NCBI GenBank assembly: GCA_000402355.1
Contig: AQRS01000043.1
Coordinates: 23,090-87,089 of the forward strand
Length of the DNA: 64,000 nucleotides
Source: Candidatus Iainarchaeum andersonii SCGC AAA011-E11
Lineage (GTDB): Archaea > Iainarchaeota > Iainarchaeia > Iainarchaeales > Iainarchaeaceae
Reading direction: 5' to 3'
Both the position numbers and the translations under genes were made by a program. The notes beneath the pieces were generated by a model. The model saw only the letters and a list, made by a program, of their open reading frames with translations, made no database searches and was not told the DNA's origin. Positions 47,548 through 57,575 of this stretch are shown piece by piece; the stretch's first letter is position 1; every line of letters begins with the position of its first letter.

Positions 47548-47898
47548 ATGGCTAAATTCAAGGCAGATTATGATGCAGAAGAGGACATGTTGTTTCTCTA
47601 CAACGAAACCCGCAGATCGTCAGGGAGTGTAGAGCTTGGGGAAATAGTAATTGATTTCACAAATAAGGGAGACATAGTGGCGCTGGAAATATTCGGCGCA
47701 TCACAATACTTGAGCGAAATCACGAACCACAGGCTCACAAAGAGCGCGCTCTCAAAAATCAGAAGCGCAGGTGTTTCTTTCATGAAAAAAAGAGGAACCA
47801 CCATAATCAAAATACTGTTTCCGCTCGAAAAAGAAATTTCGGCAACAATAGCAATCCAGAACATTAACTACAGAAGCCCGATTCTTGCACAAAGCTGA
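47548..47898 (+). CDS. Second DUF2283-like small protein
   Basis: 'YDAEEDMLFLYNE...SVELGEIVIDFTNKGDIVALEIFGAS' matches the DUF2283 pattern, with an extra roughly 50-aa C-terminus. Confidence 0.45.
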   Translation: MAKFKADYDAEEDMLFLYNETRRSSGSVELGEIVIDFTNKGDIVALEIFGASQYLSEITNHRLTKSALSKIRSAGVSFMKKRGTTIIKILFPLEKEISATIAIQNINYRSPILAQS

Positions 47899-47958
47899 GT
47901 TCGAGCCCTGGAACAGTTCCACGAAAGCCTAAATAAACCTCACAAACATAAATTAGCA

Positions 47959-48795
47959 ATGAACAAAAACCTCATTGCACAGCTCGTTCTTTTGTTCCTG
48001 CTCACACAGGTGCTTGGCCTGCTTGTCGGGGATTTTCTCATAAATCAGGGCATACACACGACACTCTTGAATGACAACCCTAATGATGTGGCTAACAGCC
48101 TCGGCTTGTTCGTGTGGATAATTGTATTCACGGGTTTCCTTCTCGCGCTCATAAAATTCGCGCCGGACTGGCTGTTCTCAATTCTCATAAAAGGCATTGA
48201 AATAATGGCGATATTCGGCACAACAATAGTGGTGCTCCTGCCCTTCGTCCCTTATGACGAAATAATTAAAGCATTTGCAGCGGCAATAATCCTCGTTGCA
48301 CTGCGCATTATTCTCGCAAAAAACCTTTTGCTCAGGAACATCACAAGCATCATCGCCGCGGCAGGAGCCGGCTCATTGATCGGCGCGAGCCTCGGAGTAA
48401 TGCCCATGCTCGTTTTCGTGGTGCTGCTTTCCGCATACGACTTCATCGCGGTGTTCAAGACCAAGCACATGGTTACCCTGGCAAAAGGAATCACCAAAAA
48501 GAACCTTTCATTCACTTACGCGATGCCCACAAAAGGGCACCAGTTCGAGCTTGGAACCGGCGACATGATTATTCCGCTCGCATTCGCCGTAAGCATTCTC
48601 GGCGAGGCGAAAACCGCGCTTGCATACCCTTACTTTTTCGTTTCACCAGCATTGGTGCTCTTTGTTTCCCTTATCGGCCTGATTTTCACCATAGACTTTG
48701 CCTCCAAAAAATCTGGAAGGGCGCTCCCCGCACTGCCGTTCCAGGTCATTCTGATGCTCATTGTGTGGGGAATAACCAAGGCAGCCGGATACTGA
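47959..48795 (+). CDS. Presenilin/signal-peptide-peptidase-like intramembrane aspartyl protease (A22 family homologue)
   Basis: Polytopic, with 'SAYDFIAVF' (YD), 'LGTGDMIIPLAF' (GxGD) and 'VSPALV' (PAL) motifs in the expected order. Confidence 0.6.
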   Translation: MNKNLIAQLVLLFLLTQVLGLLVGDFLINQGIHTTLLNDNPNDVANSLGLFVWIIVFTGFLLALIKFAPDWLFSILIKGIEIMAIFGTTIVVLLPFVPYDEIIKAFAAAIILVALRIILAKNLLLRNITSIIAAAGAGSLIGASLGVMPMLVFVVLLSAYDFIAVFKTKHMVTLAKGITKKNLSFTYAMPTKGHQFELGTGDMIIPLAFAVSILGEAKTALAYPYFFVSPALVLFVSLIGLIFTIDFASKKSGRALPALPFQVILMLIVWGITKAAGY

Positions 48796-48829
48796 ATTTG
48801 CTTTCCCGCGCGCCAAAAAGTGTTATTGG

Positions 48830-49447
48830 CTAAATGTGGAAAAAGCCCTTTATCGCCGAGAGGCCATAAAAGCCCGCGAGCGCAATCAGCATATACCTTG
48901 TTGATTTCCCGAAGAGGGCCGCAACAAAAAATTTCCTGAAATCGTATTTTATGAGGCCGGCGGTTATGCCGATGATGTCGAATGGGAAAGGAATAATCGA
49001 AACGAGGTAAATGAAAACCATCCCCTTATCCTCGATTTTTTCGCGGATGAACGCGATTTTCTCGAGCTCGAAAATACCCTTTTTCTTTATCGCCTCAATG
49101 CCGAGCAAACCAAGAAGATAGGACGTCATTTCCCCGATTGCCGCTCCTGAGCCCATCACAATGCCCACGAAAAGCGCGCCGACAAGGCTTTGCTGGGAAG
49201 AGGCTATGAGGAAAACTATTGGCTCAATCAGGAGCGGGAAGAAAACGGTTGCGTTCGCAATGATTGCGGCCACAAACAAGCCGAAAAGGCCGTAACCGCT
49301 TGTGAGATAAACAATGATTGACGAGTTCTGCGAAATGAAGTAGGCAATCACGAAAAAAATAATTATTGCGAGAATGATGCGCAGGAACTCCCAGTTCACG
49401 GGCTGCTGGTCCATGTAATCCTTGTAGTGGCGCAAATCGCGGACCAT
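48830..49447 (-). CDS. Membrane protein, possibly DedA/VTT-family
   Basis: 205 aa and polytopic. Family assignment weak. Confidence 0.35.
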   Translation of the reverse strand: MVRDLRHYKDYMDQQPVNWEFLRIILAIIIFFVIAYFISQNSSIIVYLTSGYGLFGLFVAAIIANATVFFPLLIEPIVFLIASSQQSLVGALFVGIVMGSGAAIGEMTSYLLGLLGIEAIKKKGIFELEKIAFIREKIEDKGMVFIYLVSIIPFPFDIIGITAGLIKYDFRKFFVAALFGKSTRYMLIALAGFYGLSAIKGFFHI

Positions 49448-49537
49448 CAGAAAACCGACATAAAAAAGGGAATAACTGGTTAATAAAACAGCAAGGAAGC
49501 GGATGCGTTGCAGGCTGGTTGGCAGAACAGGGGAGTT

Positions 49538-49816
49538 TCATTTGCCCTTTGAGCGCGGAAGCATCTGGTCACACCTGAGCCTAAGGTCGCTCACGATGTG
49601 GCGCTCGCCGACACTGAGCGCGATAGCCTTTTGCTTTTCAAGAAGAGCCAACCTGTCCAAGAAAGCCTTTGCGGTCTGTGGGTTCTTGTCTTTCAGGAAT
49701 TTCCTTGTCCCCTCGATAAGGTAAACTTCCGGCCTCTTCTTTTCCGGCTCGAAAAGCCTGCCGAACAAAGTGAATTTCGGGAGACCGTGATGGATTTCGG
49801 AGCGTTTTTGCAGCAT
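49538..49816 (-). CDS. Hypothetical protein (92 aa)
   Basis: Clean ORF with no assignable family. Confidence 0.3.
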   Translation of the reverse strand: MLQKRSEIHHGLPKFTLFGRLFEPEKKRPEVYLIEGTRKFLKDKNPQTAKAFLDRLALLEKQKAIALSVGERHIVSDLRLRCDQMLPRSKGK

Positions 49817-49976
49817 GACAGAATAATAAAGCGCAGATGTATTTAATGGTTATTCAGGCAAAAAATAAAGCAAAACATTACTATCGAGCCGCAAGGCGAA
49901 GATAGTACACCGTACCGCCGGCGGTTTCCGGCGCGAAACTGTTGCTTTAAAAGCCTTTAACAGCGCAGGGTTTAGT

Positions 49977-50381
49977 ATGGATTACGACAAGATGCTCCAG
50001 AGGCTTTACTCCTCATTGCCCGAAAAAACTGTTTCAAAGGAAAGGTTTGAACTGCCTGTGCTCGAGGTTCAGATACAGGGAACCAAGACAATAATCAGGA
50101 ACTTTTCGCAGGCTGTGAAAACTGTGCAGAGAGAAGACAAGCATTTCTACAAATTCCTGACCAAGGAAATCGCGACCGCAATGATTATGGACGAGGGAAA
50201 ACTCACTTTGAACGGAAAATTCCCGCAAATGCAGATTAGCAAGCTCTTCGAAAATTACCTGAAGGAATACGTGCTGTGCCACGAGTGCCACAAGCCCGAC
50301 ACGCAAATCATTGAAAGGAACGGAGTCAAGGTATTGAAATGCACGGCGTGCGGCGCAATCAGCGCAATCAGGAAAATATAG
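49977..50381 (+). CDS. eif2b: Translation initiation factor 2 beta subunit (aIF2-beta)
   Basis: A helical N-domain and a C-terminal zinc ribbon 'CHECHKPDT...CTACGA'. Confidence 0.85.
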   Translation: MDYDKMLQRLYSSLPEKTVSKERFELPVLEVQIQGTKTIIRNFSQAVKTVQREDKHFYKFLTKEIATAMIMDEGKLTLNGKFPQMQISKLFENYLKEYVLCHECHKPDTQIIERNGVKVLKCTACGAISAIRKI

Positions 50382-50392
50382 GTGGCCAGTTG

Positions 50393-50680
50393 TTCTGCAA
50401 TGTTTATAATGCCCGGGAAAATGTAGTCGTTGCGTGCTGCGACAGGGAACTTCTGGGAAAAAACCTCAAGGAAGGAAACTACGACGTTACAATAGAAGAA
50501 TCCTTTTACAAGGGCACTCTTACTGACGAAAAAAAGCTCGCGGAACTTTTGAAGGAAGCGAACAGCATAAACCTCTTCGGAAAAAAATCCGTCGGAGTCG
50601 CGCTTAAACAAGGTTTTTTAAGTGAACGCGACATTATTAGGATTGCGGGAGTCCCGCACGCAATAATACTGAAGGTCTGA
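50393..50680 (+). CDS. DUF424-family protein (start codon uncertain, possibly TTG)
   Basis: 'ENVVVACCDRELLGKNLKEG...VTIEESFYKG' matches DUF424, which is conserved next to aIF2-beta. The track ORF (50339) overlaps the eif2b 3' end. Confidence 0.5.
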   Translation, partial: FCNVYNARENVVVACCDRELLGKNLKEGNYDVTIEESFYKGTLTDEKKLAELLKEANSINLFGKKSVGVALKQGFLSERDIIRIAGVPHAIILKV

Positions 50681-50684
50681 GAAA

Positions 50685-51017
50685 TTGGGCAGAAAAGACG
50701 ACGAAGAAAAGGCCGCACTGCAGCAGGAACAGATGTCAAAGGTGAGGCTGCCTCACCGAAACGAATTCGAAATGTTCGGCGTCGTGACGCAAAGACAGGG
50801 CGCGAGCCAGATAAAGGTGCAGTGCGAAGACGGATTAGAAAGGAGCTGCCGCATCACGGGAAAAATGAGGAAACGCGCGTGGATACGCGACAATGACTTG
50901 GTCATAGTCAGGATATGGGATTTCCAGCCGTCAAAGGCCGACATAGTGTGGAGATATTTGGGCTTCCAGATGGAGCACCTCAAGAGAAAAGGGTTTTTGG
51001 ACAAGCTCAACATCTGA
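50685..51017 (+). CDS. eif1a: Translation initiation factor 1A (aIF1A)
   Basis: S1-like OB fold 'FGVVTQRQGASQIKVQCEDGLERSCRITGKMRKRAWIRDNDLVIV'. Confidence 0.85.
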   Translation: MGRKDDEEKAALQQEQMSKVRLPHRNEFEMFGVVTQRQGASQIKVQCEDGLERSCRITGKMRKRAWIRDNDLVIVRIWDFQPSKADIVWRYLGFQMEHLKRKGFLDKLNI

Positions 51018-51148
51018 GAAAAATTTTTTCCCGCATTTGGGCAAAGGCTATGGCAGACCAATAAAATAATTTGGCGAAATTTATGGTCTGTTATCTGGCG
51101 AACCGCTGGAAAAAGCCGAAAAAACTTTCGCGGTTTGCCATAATTCTT

Positions 51149-51946
51149 ATGCAAGAAGAATTTTCCGAAGACGGCTTCGAGTTCGAGAAAATCGGGAGGA
51201 CATTCAAAAACGAGTCCGACAGGAAAATATTCGAAAAGGTTTTCGACACAAGAACACTGAAAGCCCTCCATACTCTCGCTACAAAAGAACTGTTTGATGT
51301 TGTCGAGCACATAATCAGCACGGGCAAGGAAGCGCACGTCTTTGTCGCAACCGACAAAGGAGGCAATAAGCGCGCAGTGAAAATCTACAAAACACTCACG
51401 ACAGACTTCAAGCGCATGAACGAGTACATTGAGGGCGATGAACGCTTCAAGAACCTGAAAAAGGAAAGGAGGCAGCTCGTTTTTGCATGGGCGAAAAAAG
51501 AATTCAAGAACCTCTCCGTTGCCGCGAATGCGCATTTAAGCGCGCCGCTGCCGCTCGGCTCGATGGAAAACGTGCTCGTAATGGAATTCATAGGCGAGAA
51601 TAACGAGGCTGCGCCGAAGCTCAGGGAAACAAAACCGACGCAAAAAGAGCTCAAAAATTATTACGGGCAGACAATTGATTTCATTGCGCGGCTTTACCTC
51701 GAGAACCTCATTCACGCGGATTTGTCGGAATACAACATTCTTGTACGGAACAAGGAACTGGTTTTCATTGACATGGCACAGGCCGTTCTCGTTACGCACC
51801 CAAAGGCGAGGGAATTCTTCGAAAGGGATGTAACCAACATGGCCTCTTATTTCTCGAAAAACGGGCCGGAAACGAGCTTTGAGGGCATGTACGCGGCTGT
51901 TAAGGCAAGGAAGGAAGAACTGGAGAAAAAACGGAGACGAATATAA
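51149..51946 (+). CDS. RIO-type serine/threonine protein kinase
   Basis: 'ISTGKEAHVFVA', 'LIHADLSEYNILV', 'IDMAQAV'. The start was trimmed to Met at 51149. Conserved downstream of aIF1A. Confidence 0.8.
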   Translation: MQEEFSEDGFEFEKIGRTFKNESDRKIFEKVFDTRTLKALHTLATKELFDVVEHIISTGKEAHVFVATDKGGNKRAVKIYKTLTTDFKRMNEYIEGDERFKNLKKERRQLVFAWAKKEFKNLSVAANAHLSAPLPLGSMENVLVMEFIGENNEAAPKLRETKPTQKELKNYYGQTIDFIARLYLENLIHADLSEYNILVRNKELVFIDMAQAVLVTHPKAREFFERDVTNMASYFSKNGPETSFEGMYAAVKARKEELEKKRRRI

Positions 51947-51978
51947 AAATATATAATATATATAGTATATAAGTTTGA

Positions 51979-52512
51979 ATGGATTCTTCGGAATTTCTCC
52001 TGATGCCGCACGACAGGGTTGGCGCCCTGATTGGAAAAAAAGGCGCGACAAAACGCAAAATAGAGAGGCTCACGGAAACCAAACTGGCCGTTGACAGCCG
52101 CGAGGGGGAAGTCGAAGTAATCCAGAAAGGAAACCCATTGAAGTACCTGAAGGCAATGAGCATTGTCAAGGCAATCGCGCGGGGATTCTCGCCACAGCAC
52201 GCATCAAGGCTTTCCCAGGATGGCGTGATGCTCCAAATAATTGATTTGCGGGAATTCTTCGGAAAAAGCGAGGGCACAATGAAGGCAAAAAAAGGCCGCG
52301 TAATAGGGACAAGGGGAAAAGCAAGGAATGAAATTGAGCAGGACACGGGAGCGCTGATTTCGGTTTACGGGAAAACAATTTCAATAATCGGCACGGAGGA
52401 AGAAATTTCAAAGGCCCTGAGGGCGGTTGAAATGCTTTTGAAGGGCGCCTCCCACACGCACGTTTATGACGTGCTGAAGAGACGCGGTTCCGGCGGAAGA
52501 TTTGAATTGTGA
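51979..52512 (+). CDS. KH-domain RNA-binding protein (Dim2/Krr1-like)
   Basis: Two KH GXXG loops ('IGKKGATKRKIE', 'IGTRGKARNEIE'). The conserved eif1a-rio-KH arrangement. Confidence 0.65.
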   Translation: MDSSEFLLMPHDRVGALIGKKGATKRKIERLTETKLAVDSREGEVEVIQKGNPLKYLKAMSIVKAIARGFSPQHASRLSQDGVMLQIIDLREFFGKSEGTMKAKKGRVIGTRGKARNEIEQDTGALISVYGKTISIIGTEEEISKALRAVEMLLKGASHTHVYDVLKRRGSGGRFEL

Positions 52513-52522
52513 GGTTTTGTTT

Positions 52523-54298
52523 ATGGCGAAAGAAAAAGAAAATGAAGAACAGGAAGAAACGGAAGCGGAAAGCGCACAGCTCAAAGGAACCAGCGCGGAA
52601 GAAATAGCAACAGAATTCAAGGAACATTCCGTCGCGGAATTCTTCAAAAAGAACATGCAGATGCTGGGGTTAACGGGAAAAATCAAGACCCTCACGACAA
52701 TTGTGCACGAGTACGTCACCAATTCGCTGGATGCGTGCGAAGAGGCAAAAATACTGCCCGACATTGAGGTCCAGGTAAAGGAACTGGGCAACGAGTATTA
52801 CGAGATTACGGCAAAGGACAACGGCCCCGGCCTCACAAAGGAAACAGTCGGAAAAGCCCTCGGGCAGCTGCTCGCGGGAACAAAATTCCACAGGATGATG
52901 CAGATGCGCGGGCAACAGGGGATAGGCGCCGCGGGATGCACAATGCTTTCACAAATCACAACGGGAAAAGCCACGCAGGTCATTACCGGAACGGGAAAGC
53001 ACGCGCCAATCAGCCTGGAAATAACAATCGACCCGAAAAAGAACGAGGCAAAAATCTCCAACCTCACGGAACTCAAAAAAGAGTTCAAGGGAACTGTAAT
53101 CAGGGCCAAGTTCAAGGACGTGAAGTACGTTAACTCGGAACAGGCGCCGCTTGAATATTTGAGGAGGACCGCGATTGCAAACCCGCACGCACAGATTACA
53201 CTTATAGAGCCGAGCGGAAACAAAATAGTTTTCAAAAGAACCTTAAAAGAAATTCCCGCAAAGCCACTGGAAATAAAGCCGCACCCGAAAGGTATTACGG
53301 TGGATGAACTCAGCACGCTCGCAAAATACACCAAGGCGAGGCAGGTTTCAAGCTTTTTGAAAAGCGAACTCGACAGGCTCGGGGACAAGGCCGTTGAGGA
53401 AATCGCGAAAAACGTTTCATTTGACCTGAGGAAGGACCCTAGGCAACTCACTTGGGAGGAATCCGAGGAAATAATCGACCAATTCAAAAAAATCAGCTTC
53501 ATTGCGCCGAGGACAGACGGCCTGAGGTCAATCGGCGAGGAAAGAATAAAGAAGAGCCTCTCAAGCATCGTGGTTCCGGAATTCCTTTCTGTCGTAACAA
53601 GAAAACCAGGCGTTTACAAGGGCGGCTTCCCATTCCAGGTCGAGGTCGGCATAGCGTTCGGAGGCAATGCCGGGAAAACCGGCATTGTAAATGAGGAAGG
53701 CCGGCAGGAAAGAAAAGTGGAAATAATGAGGTTCGCAAACAGAACGCCATTGCTTTTTGATACCGGCGCATGCGCAATAACAAAGGCAGTCCAGTCCATT
53801 GACTGGAAAAGGTATGGAATAAAGGACCTTGAGAGCGCGCCATTGACGGTTTTCGTGAACCTGATTTCAGTGCACATTCCCTACACTTCGGCAGGAAAGC
53901 AGGCAATCAGCGACGAGGACGAAATAATGGAGGAACTCCGCCTCGCTTTGATGGACACCGGAAGAAAAATTTACACTTTCATCGGGCGCCAGAAGAGGCA
54001 GGCGGAAAAGGAAGCCAAGAGGAAAATGTTCTACAAATACGCGTCGGAAGTCGCGTATGCGGTTTCGGAACTCGCGCAGAAGCCAAAAAAGCAGGTCGAG
54101 GACAAGCTGCACGCGCTCGTTTTGAAACACCTCAAGCTGGAGGAGCAGAAGGAAAAAGAGGCGGATGCAAAGGGCGAGGCAAGCGAAGAGGAAATAGAGA
54201 AGGCTTACGAGAAAAAAATGGAAAAGGAAAAAAAAGAAACCGCAAAGGGAAAGGACGGGGGAAAGAAAGAGCCCATTGAAGAAGGGGAGAGTGAGTGA
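52523..54298 (+). CDS. top6B: DNA topoisomerase VI subunit B
   Basis: Bergerat GHKL ATPase motifs ('EYVTNSLDA', 'DNGPGL', 'GQQGIGAAG'), H2TH, a transducer domain and a charged tail. Confidence 0.9.
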   Translation: MAKEKENEEQEETEAESAQLKGTSAEEIATEFKEHSVAEFFKKNMQMLGLTGKIKTLTTIVHEYVTNSLDACEEAKILPDIEVQVKELGNEYYEITAKDNGPGLTKETVGKALGQLLAGTKFHRMMQMRGQQGIGAAGCTMLSQITTGKATQVITGTGKHAPISLEITIDPKKNEAKISNLTELKKEFKGTVIRAKFKDVKYVNSEQAPLEYLRRTAIANPHAQITLIEPSGNKIVFKRTLKEIPAKPLEIKPHPKGITVDELSTLAKYTKARQVSSFLKSELDRLGDKAVEEIAKNVSFDLRKDPRQLTWEESEEIIDQFKKISFIAPRTDGLRSIGEERIKKSLSSIVVPEFLSVVTRKPGVYKGGFPFQVEVGIAFGGNAGKTGIVNEEGRQERKVEIMRFANRTPLLFDTGACAITKAVQSIDWKRYGIKDLESAPLTVFVNLISVHIPYTSAGKQAISDEDEIMEELRLALMDTGRKIYTFIGRQKRQAEKEAKRKMFYKYASEVAYAVSELAQKPKKQVEDKLHALVLKHLKLEEQKEKEADAKGEASEEEIEKAYEKKMEKEKKETAKGKDGGKKEPIEEGESE

Positions 54299-55395
54299 AA
54301 ATGGCTGGAAGGGACAAGGAAGTGCAAAAAAAGCTTGAAAGCATCGGCGAGGCAATCTACAGGCAGATAGACAAAAGCCAGAACCCGACTTATGAGGTGC
54401 CCGTGAGGACACTGAACAACGTTTTCTTTGACAAAAAAAGCGGCACGATAAAGCTCGGGGACAAGGTGTCCGAAAGGCAGTTCCTGAACGTCGCGCACTC
54501 CAAGAAATTCATGCAGACGCTTTTGGTTGCGTCGGAAATAAGAAATGTGATTGAACAGCAGGCCACCGTGAGCATCCGTGACCTTTACTACGCGCTCAAG
54601 CACACAATCGAGGGCACGAACGAAAACACTTTCGAGGAACAATCGGAATCCGACCCATGCATTGAGGACATCGAAGCCTCACTGGATTTGCTCAGGGAAG
54701 AACTGCATCTCGCGGCCTCCGCAAAGGGAATAATCGCGGGCGACGTGCAATTGAGGGACGGCGGGGTAAACATAGATCTCACAAAAATGGGTTCCGGAGG
54801 GTGGAGCGTTCCGAGCAACGTGGAACCCGACAGGATTGAATTCAAGAAAGTCAACGCAGAATACATCCTCTTCATAGAGAAGGACGCAGTATGGAGGCGC
54901 TTCAACGAGGACCAGTTCTGGAAAAAACAAAAATGCATAATACTCACAGGAAGGGGGCAACCCGGAAGGGGAGAAAGAAGGATGGCACAGCGCCTGGTAA
55001 AGGAATTCAAGTTGCCCATATACGTGCTCACTGATGCGGATCCGTGGGGAATGTACATTTACTCTGTAATAAAGCAGGGCTCGATAAGCCTGTCATACTC
55101 CGAGGAAAAGCTTGCGACGCCTTCGGCGCAATTCATCGGCCTCACAACAATGGATGTTGAAAAATTCAAGATACCCAAGGAAGTCACAATCAAATTGAAC
55201 CAATTGGATGTGAAGCGCCTCAAGGAAATGGAGGGCTACGAGTGGTTCCAGAAAAAGGAATGGAAACAGGAATTCAACAACATGCGGGAAAAGGCATACA
55301 AGCTGGAGCTCGAAGCACTCTCAAAAAAAGGAATAAGGTTCATCACAGAAACTTACGTTCCCAAAAAAATAAAGGAAGAGGACTTCCTGCCGTAA
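54295..55395 (+). CDS. top6A: DNA topoisomerase VI subunit A (Spo11 homologue)
   Basis: 5Y-CAP 'DLYYALKH' (catalytic Tyr) and the Toprim 'ILFIEKDAV...DADPWG'. Confidence 0.9.
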   Translation: MKMAGRDKEVQKKLESIGEAIYRQIDKSQNPTYEVPVRTLNNVFFDKKSGTIKLGDKVSERQFLNVAHSKKFMQTLLVASEIRNVIEQQATVSIRDLYYALKHTIEGTNENTFEEQSESDPCIEDIEASLDLLREELHLAASAKGIIAGDVQLRDGGVNIDLTKMGSGGWSVPSNVEPDRIEFKKVNAEYILFIEKDAVWRRFNEDQFWKKQKCIILTGRGQPGRGERRMAQRLVKEFKLPIYVLTDADPWGMYIYSVIKQGSISLSYSEEKLATPSAQFIGLTTMDVEKFKIPKEVTIKLNQLDVKRLKEMEGYEWFQKKEWKQEFNNMREKAYKLELEALSKKGIRFITETYVPKKIKEEDFLP

Positions 55396-55509
55396 GCGAG
55401 CAACGCAAGCCCGCGTTGGGTAACAGTTTGGCAATCCACAAATAATATCGAAAGACACTAAAAAAGTTTCAAAATTAATGTCTTTCTATATAATTTATGG
55501 CTGGTAAAA

Positions 55510-56160
55510 GTGAAAGGCATGAACCTGCGCATGACAAGCAACCTCGCGGCAATAGTGTTCGCCGTACTTCTATTGCTCGGCATTGGCGTAGCGCTGCTCC
55601 CGCAGGTTGAACCAAGGGATGTGCTCGTGAAATGCCCAGACGGAACAAAAGCAGGCTCACTAAGCCAATGCGCCTGCCCAGGCGATTTTGAATGCTGCAC
55701 CGACGGAACATTCATGCAAAAGGCCTGTGACGGAAGGCTTGAATGCGTGAACAATGCGTGCGTTGCGAGGCAGTGCGACGCGGAGTGCTGCATAACCGAG
55801 GGCTTTGAAAGAAAGGAATGCCCCTCCGGATTGGCGTGCGGGAGGTTCGAGTGCGTCAAGCCGGCGTGCGAAAGCGAGTGCTGTGCCGCAAACTCCGTTT
55901 ACGGGGAAAAAACATGCGCAAACAACATGCAGTGCGTGAACGGAAAATGCGAACTCAACGCATGCAAAAGCCAGTGCTGTGCCGGAATAACCGGAACACA
56001 GGACAAGGCGTGCCCAGGCACGCTGGATTGCGTGAACGGAAAATGCGTGAAGCCGGCCTGCGAGGCCCAATGCTGCCCCCAGAACGACCCCAAATACCAG
56101 GAAAAGGAATGCCCCCCGCACCAGCACTGCGTGGGCAAGGTATGCATAGGCAATTTCTAG
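55510..56160 (+). CDS. Secreted/membrane-anchored cysteine-rich repeat protein (about 5 tandem roughly 25-aa Cys modules)
   Basis: An N-terminal signal/anchor 'LAAIVFAVLLLLGIGVAL'. The unit 'CxxxxxCVNGKCxxxxCxxxCC' is repeated. 40 Cys in 216 aa. Confidence 0.5.
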   Translation: MKGMNLRMTSNLAAIVFAVLLLLGIGVALLPQVEPRDVLVKCPDGTKAGSLSQCACPGDFECCTDGTFMQKACDGRLECVNNACVARQCDAECCITEGFERKECPSGLACGRFECVKPACESECCAANSVYGEKTCANNMQCVNGKCELNACKSQCCAGITGTQDKACPGTLDCVNGKCVKPACEAQCCPQNDPKYQEKECPPHQHCVGKVCIGNF

Positions 56161-56195
56161 AAACATTTTTAAGAACAGAAAACAATCTTTATTCC

Positions 56196-57575
56196 ATGAA
56201 GGACTGGAAAAGCATTGACGCGTTTTTCTCGCCGAAAAGCGTCGCGGTGATAGGCGCTTCGGAGCAGAAGGGAAGCGTCGGCTCGGCAATATTCGGAAAC
56301 GTGGCAAAAATCTACGGCACAAAAGCATTCCCTGTCAACCCGAAGCACGCGAAAATACAGGGGAAAAAAACCTACGCCTCCGTAAAGGACATTCCTTTTC
56401 CGGTTGACCTTGCAGTGATAGCGGTGCCGTCACAATTCGTTCCAAGCGCGCTTGAGGAGTGCATGGAAAAAAAATGCGGCGCCGCAATAATAGTGAGCGC
56501 GGGCTTCTCCGAAGTCGGGGAAAAAAAGCTCACCGCACAGATTTCTGAACTCATAAAGAAGCACCCGCACACAAGGGTAATGGGGCCAAACTGCGTGGGC
56601 GTAATGAACAACCACTCGGGCCTTGACACGACATTCTTTTCAAGCGAAAGGATGCAGAAGCCAAAAAAAGGGAACCTTTCATTCATCTCGCAGTCCGGAG
56701 CGCTTGGCTCAATGATACTTGACTGGGTCGCAACACAGGACTTCGGGATAAGCAAGTTCGCCTCATACGGAAACGCAATGGACGTTGATGAAGCCGATTT
56801 ATTGGAATATTTCGGGCGCGACAAAAAAACCAAAGTCATTACAATGTACCTCGAGGGCGCGCGCGACGGCAGGAAATTCTACGAAACCGCAAAAAAGGTC
56901 TCCAGGCAAAAGCCCATAATAGTGCTCAAGGGCGGGCGCAGCGAGGAAACAAGCAAGGCAACGGCCTCGCACACCGGTTCTCTTGCAGGCTCTTCGAAAG
57001 TTTATGATGCCGTGTTCAAGCAGGCGGGAATAATACAGGTGAACGACCTCATCGAGCTTTTCAACGTCGCAAAACTGCTTGAAAAAGAGCCGCTGCCAAA
57101 GGGGAATCGCGTGCAGATAATAACCAACGGAGGCGGCTTTGGAATCGTGACAGCGGACCAGGTGATTGCAAACGGATTGAGGCTCGCGAAACTATCGCAA
57201 AAAACGGTTTCAGAGCTCGGGCACAAAATGCCCATGGCCACAATATCAAACCCCATGGACCTCATTGGCGACGCGGATGTCGCGCGATTCAAGGAGGCAC
57301 TCAAGGCAACCATAAGCGACAAAAATGCGGACATCATAATGGTGCTTGTCCTGTTTAACCTTCCGGCAATCGAGGCGCAGAAGCTGAGCATACTCAAGGG
57401 CGCGAGGAAAAAGCTCGCAAAGCCGATAATAGTGATTTCAATCGGCAGCGACTACACTGAAAAATACATGGGAAAAATAGAGAAAGCCGGATTCACAACC
57501 TTTACTTACCCGAGCATTGCGGCGCGCTCAATGAAGGAAATGGCTTCATACGCCGAATTCCTCAGGAAAGCTTAG
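56196..57575 (+). CDS. Acetyl-CoA synthetase (ADP-forming) alpha subunit-like / CoA-binding acyl-CoA ligase
   Basis: CoA-binding 'VAVIGASEQKGSVGS' and the phospho-His loop 'ASHTGSLAG'. The start was trimmed to ATG at 56196, because the track ORF's N-terminus overlaps the Cys-rich gene in another frame. Confidence 0.7.
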   Translation: MKDWKSIDAFFSPKSVAVIGASEQKGSVGSAIFGNVAKIYGTKAFPVNPKHAKIQGKKTYASVKDIPFPVDLAVIAVPSQFVPSALEECMEKKCGAAIIVSAGFSEVGEKKLTAQISELIKKHPHTRVMGPNCVGVMNNHSGLDTTFFSSERMQKPKKGNLSFISQSGALGSMILDWVATQDFGISKFASYGNAMDVDEADLLEYFGRDKKTKVITMYLEGARDGRKFYETAKKVSRQKPIIVLKGGRSEETSKATASHTGSLAGSSKVYDAVFKQAGIIQVNDLIELFNVAKLLEKEPLPKGNRVQIITNGGGFGIVTADQVIANGLRLAKLSQKTVSELGHKMPMATISNPMDLIGDADVARFKEALKATISDKNADIIMVLVLFNLPAIEAQKLSILKGARKKLAKPIIVISIGSDYTEKYMGKIEKAGFTTFTYPSIAARSMKEMASYAEFLRKA

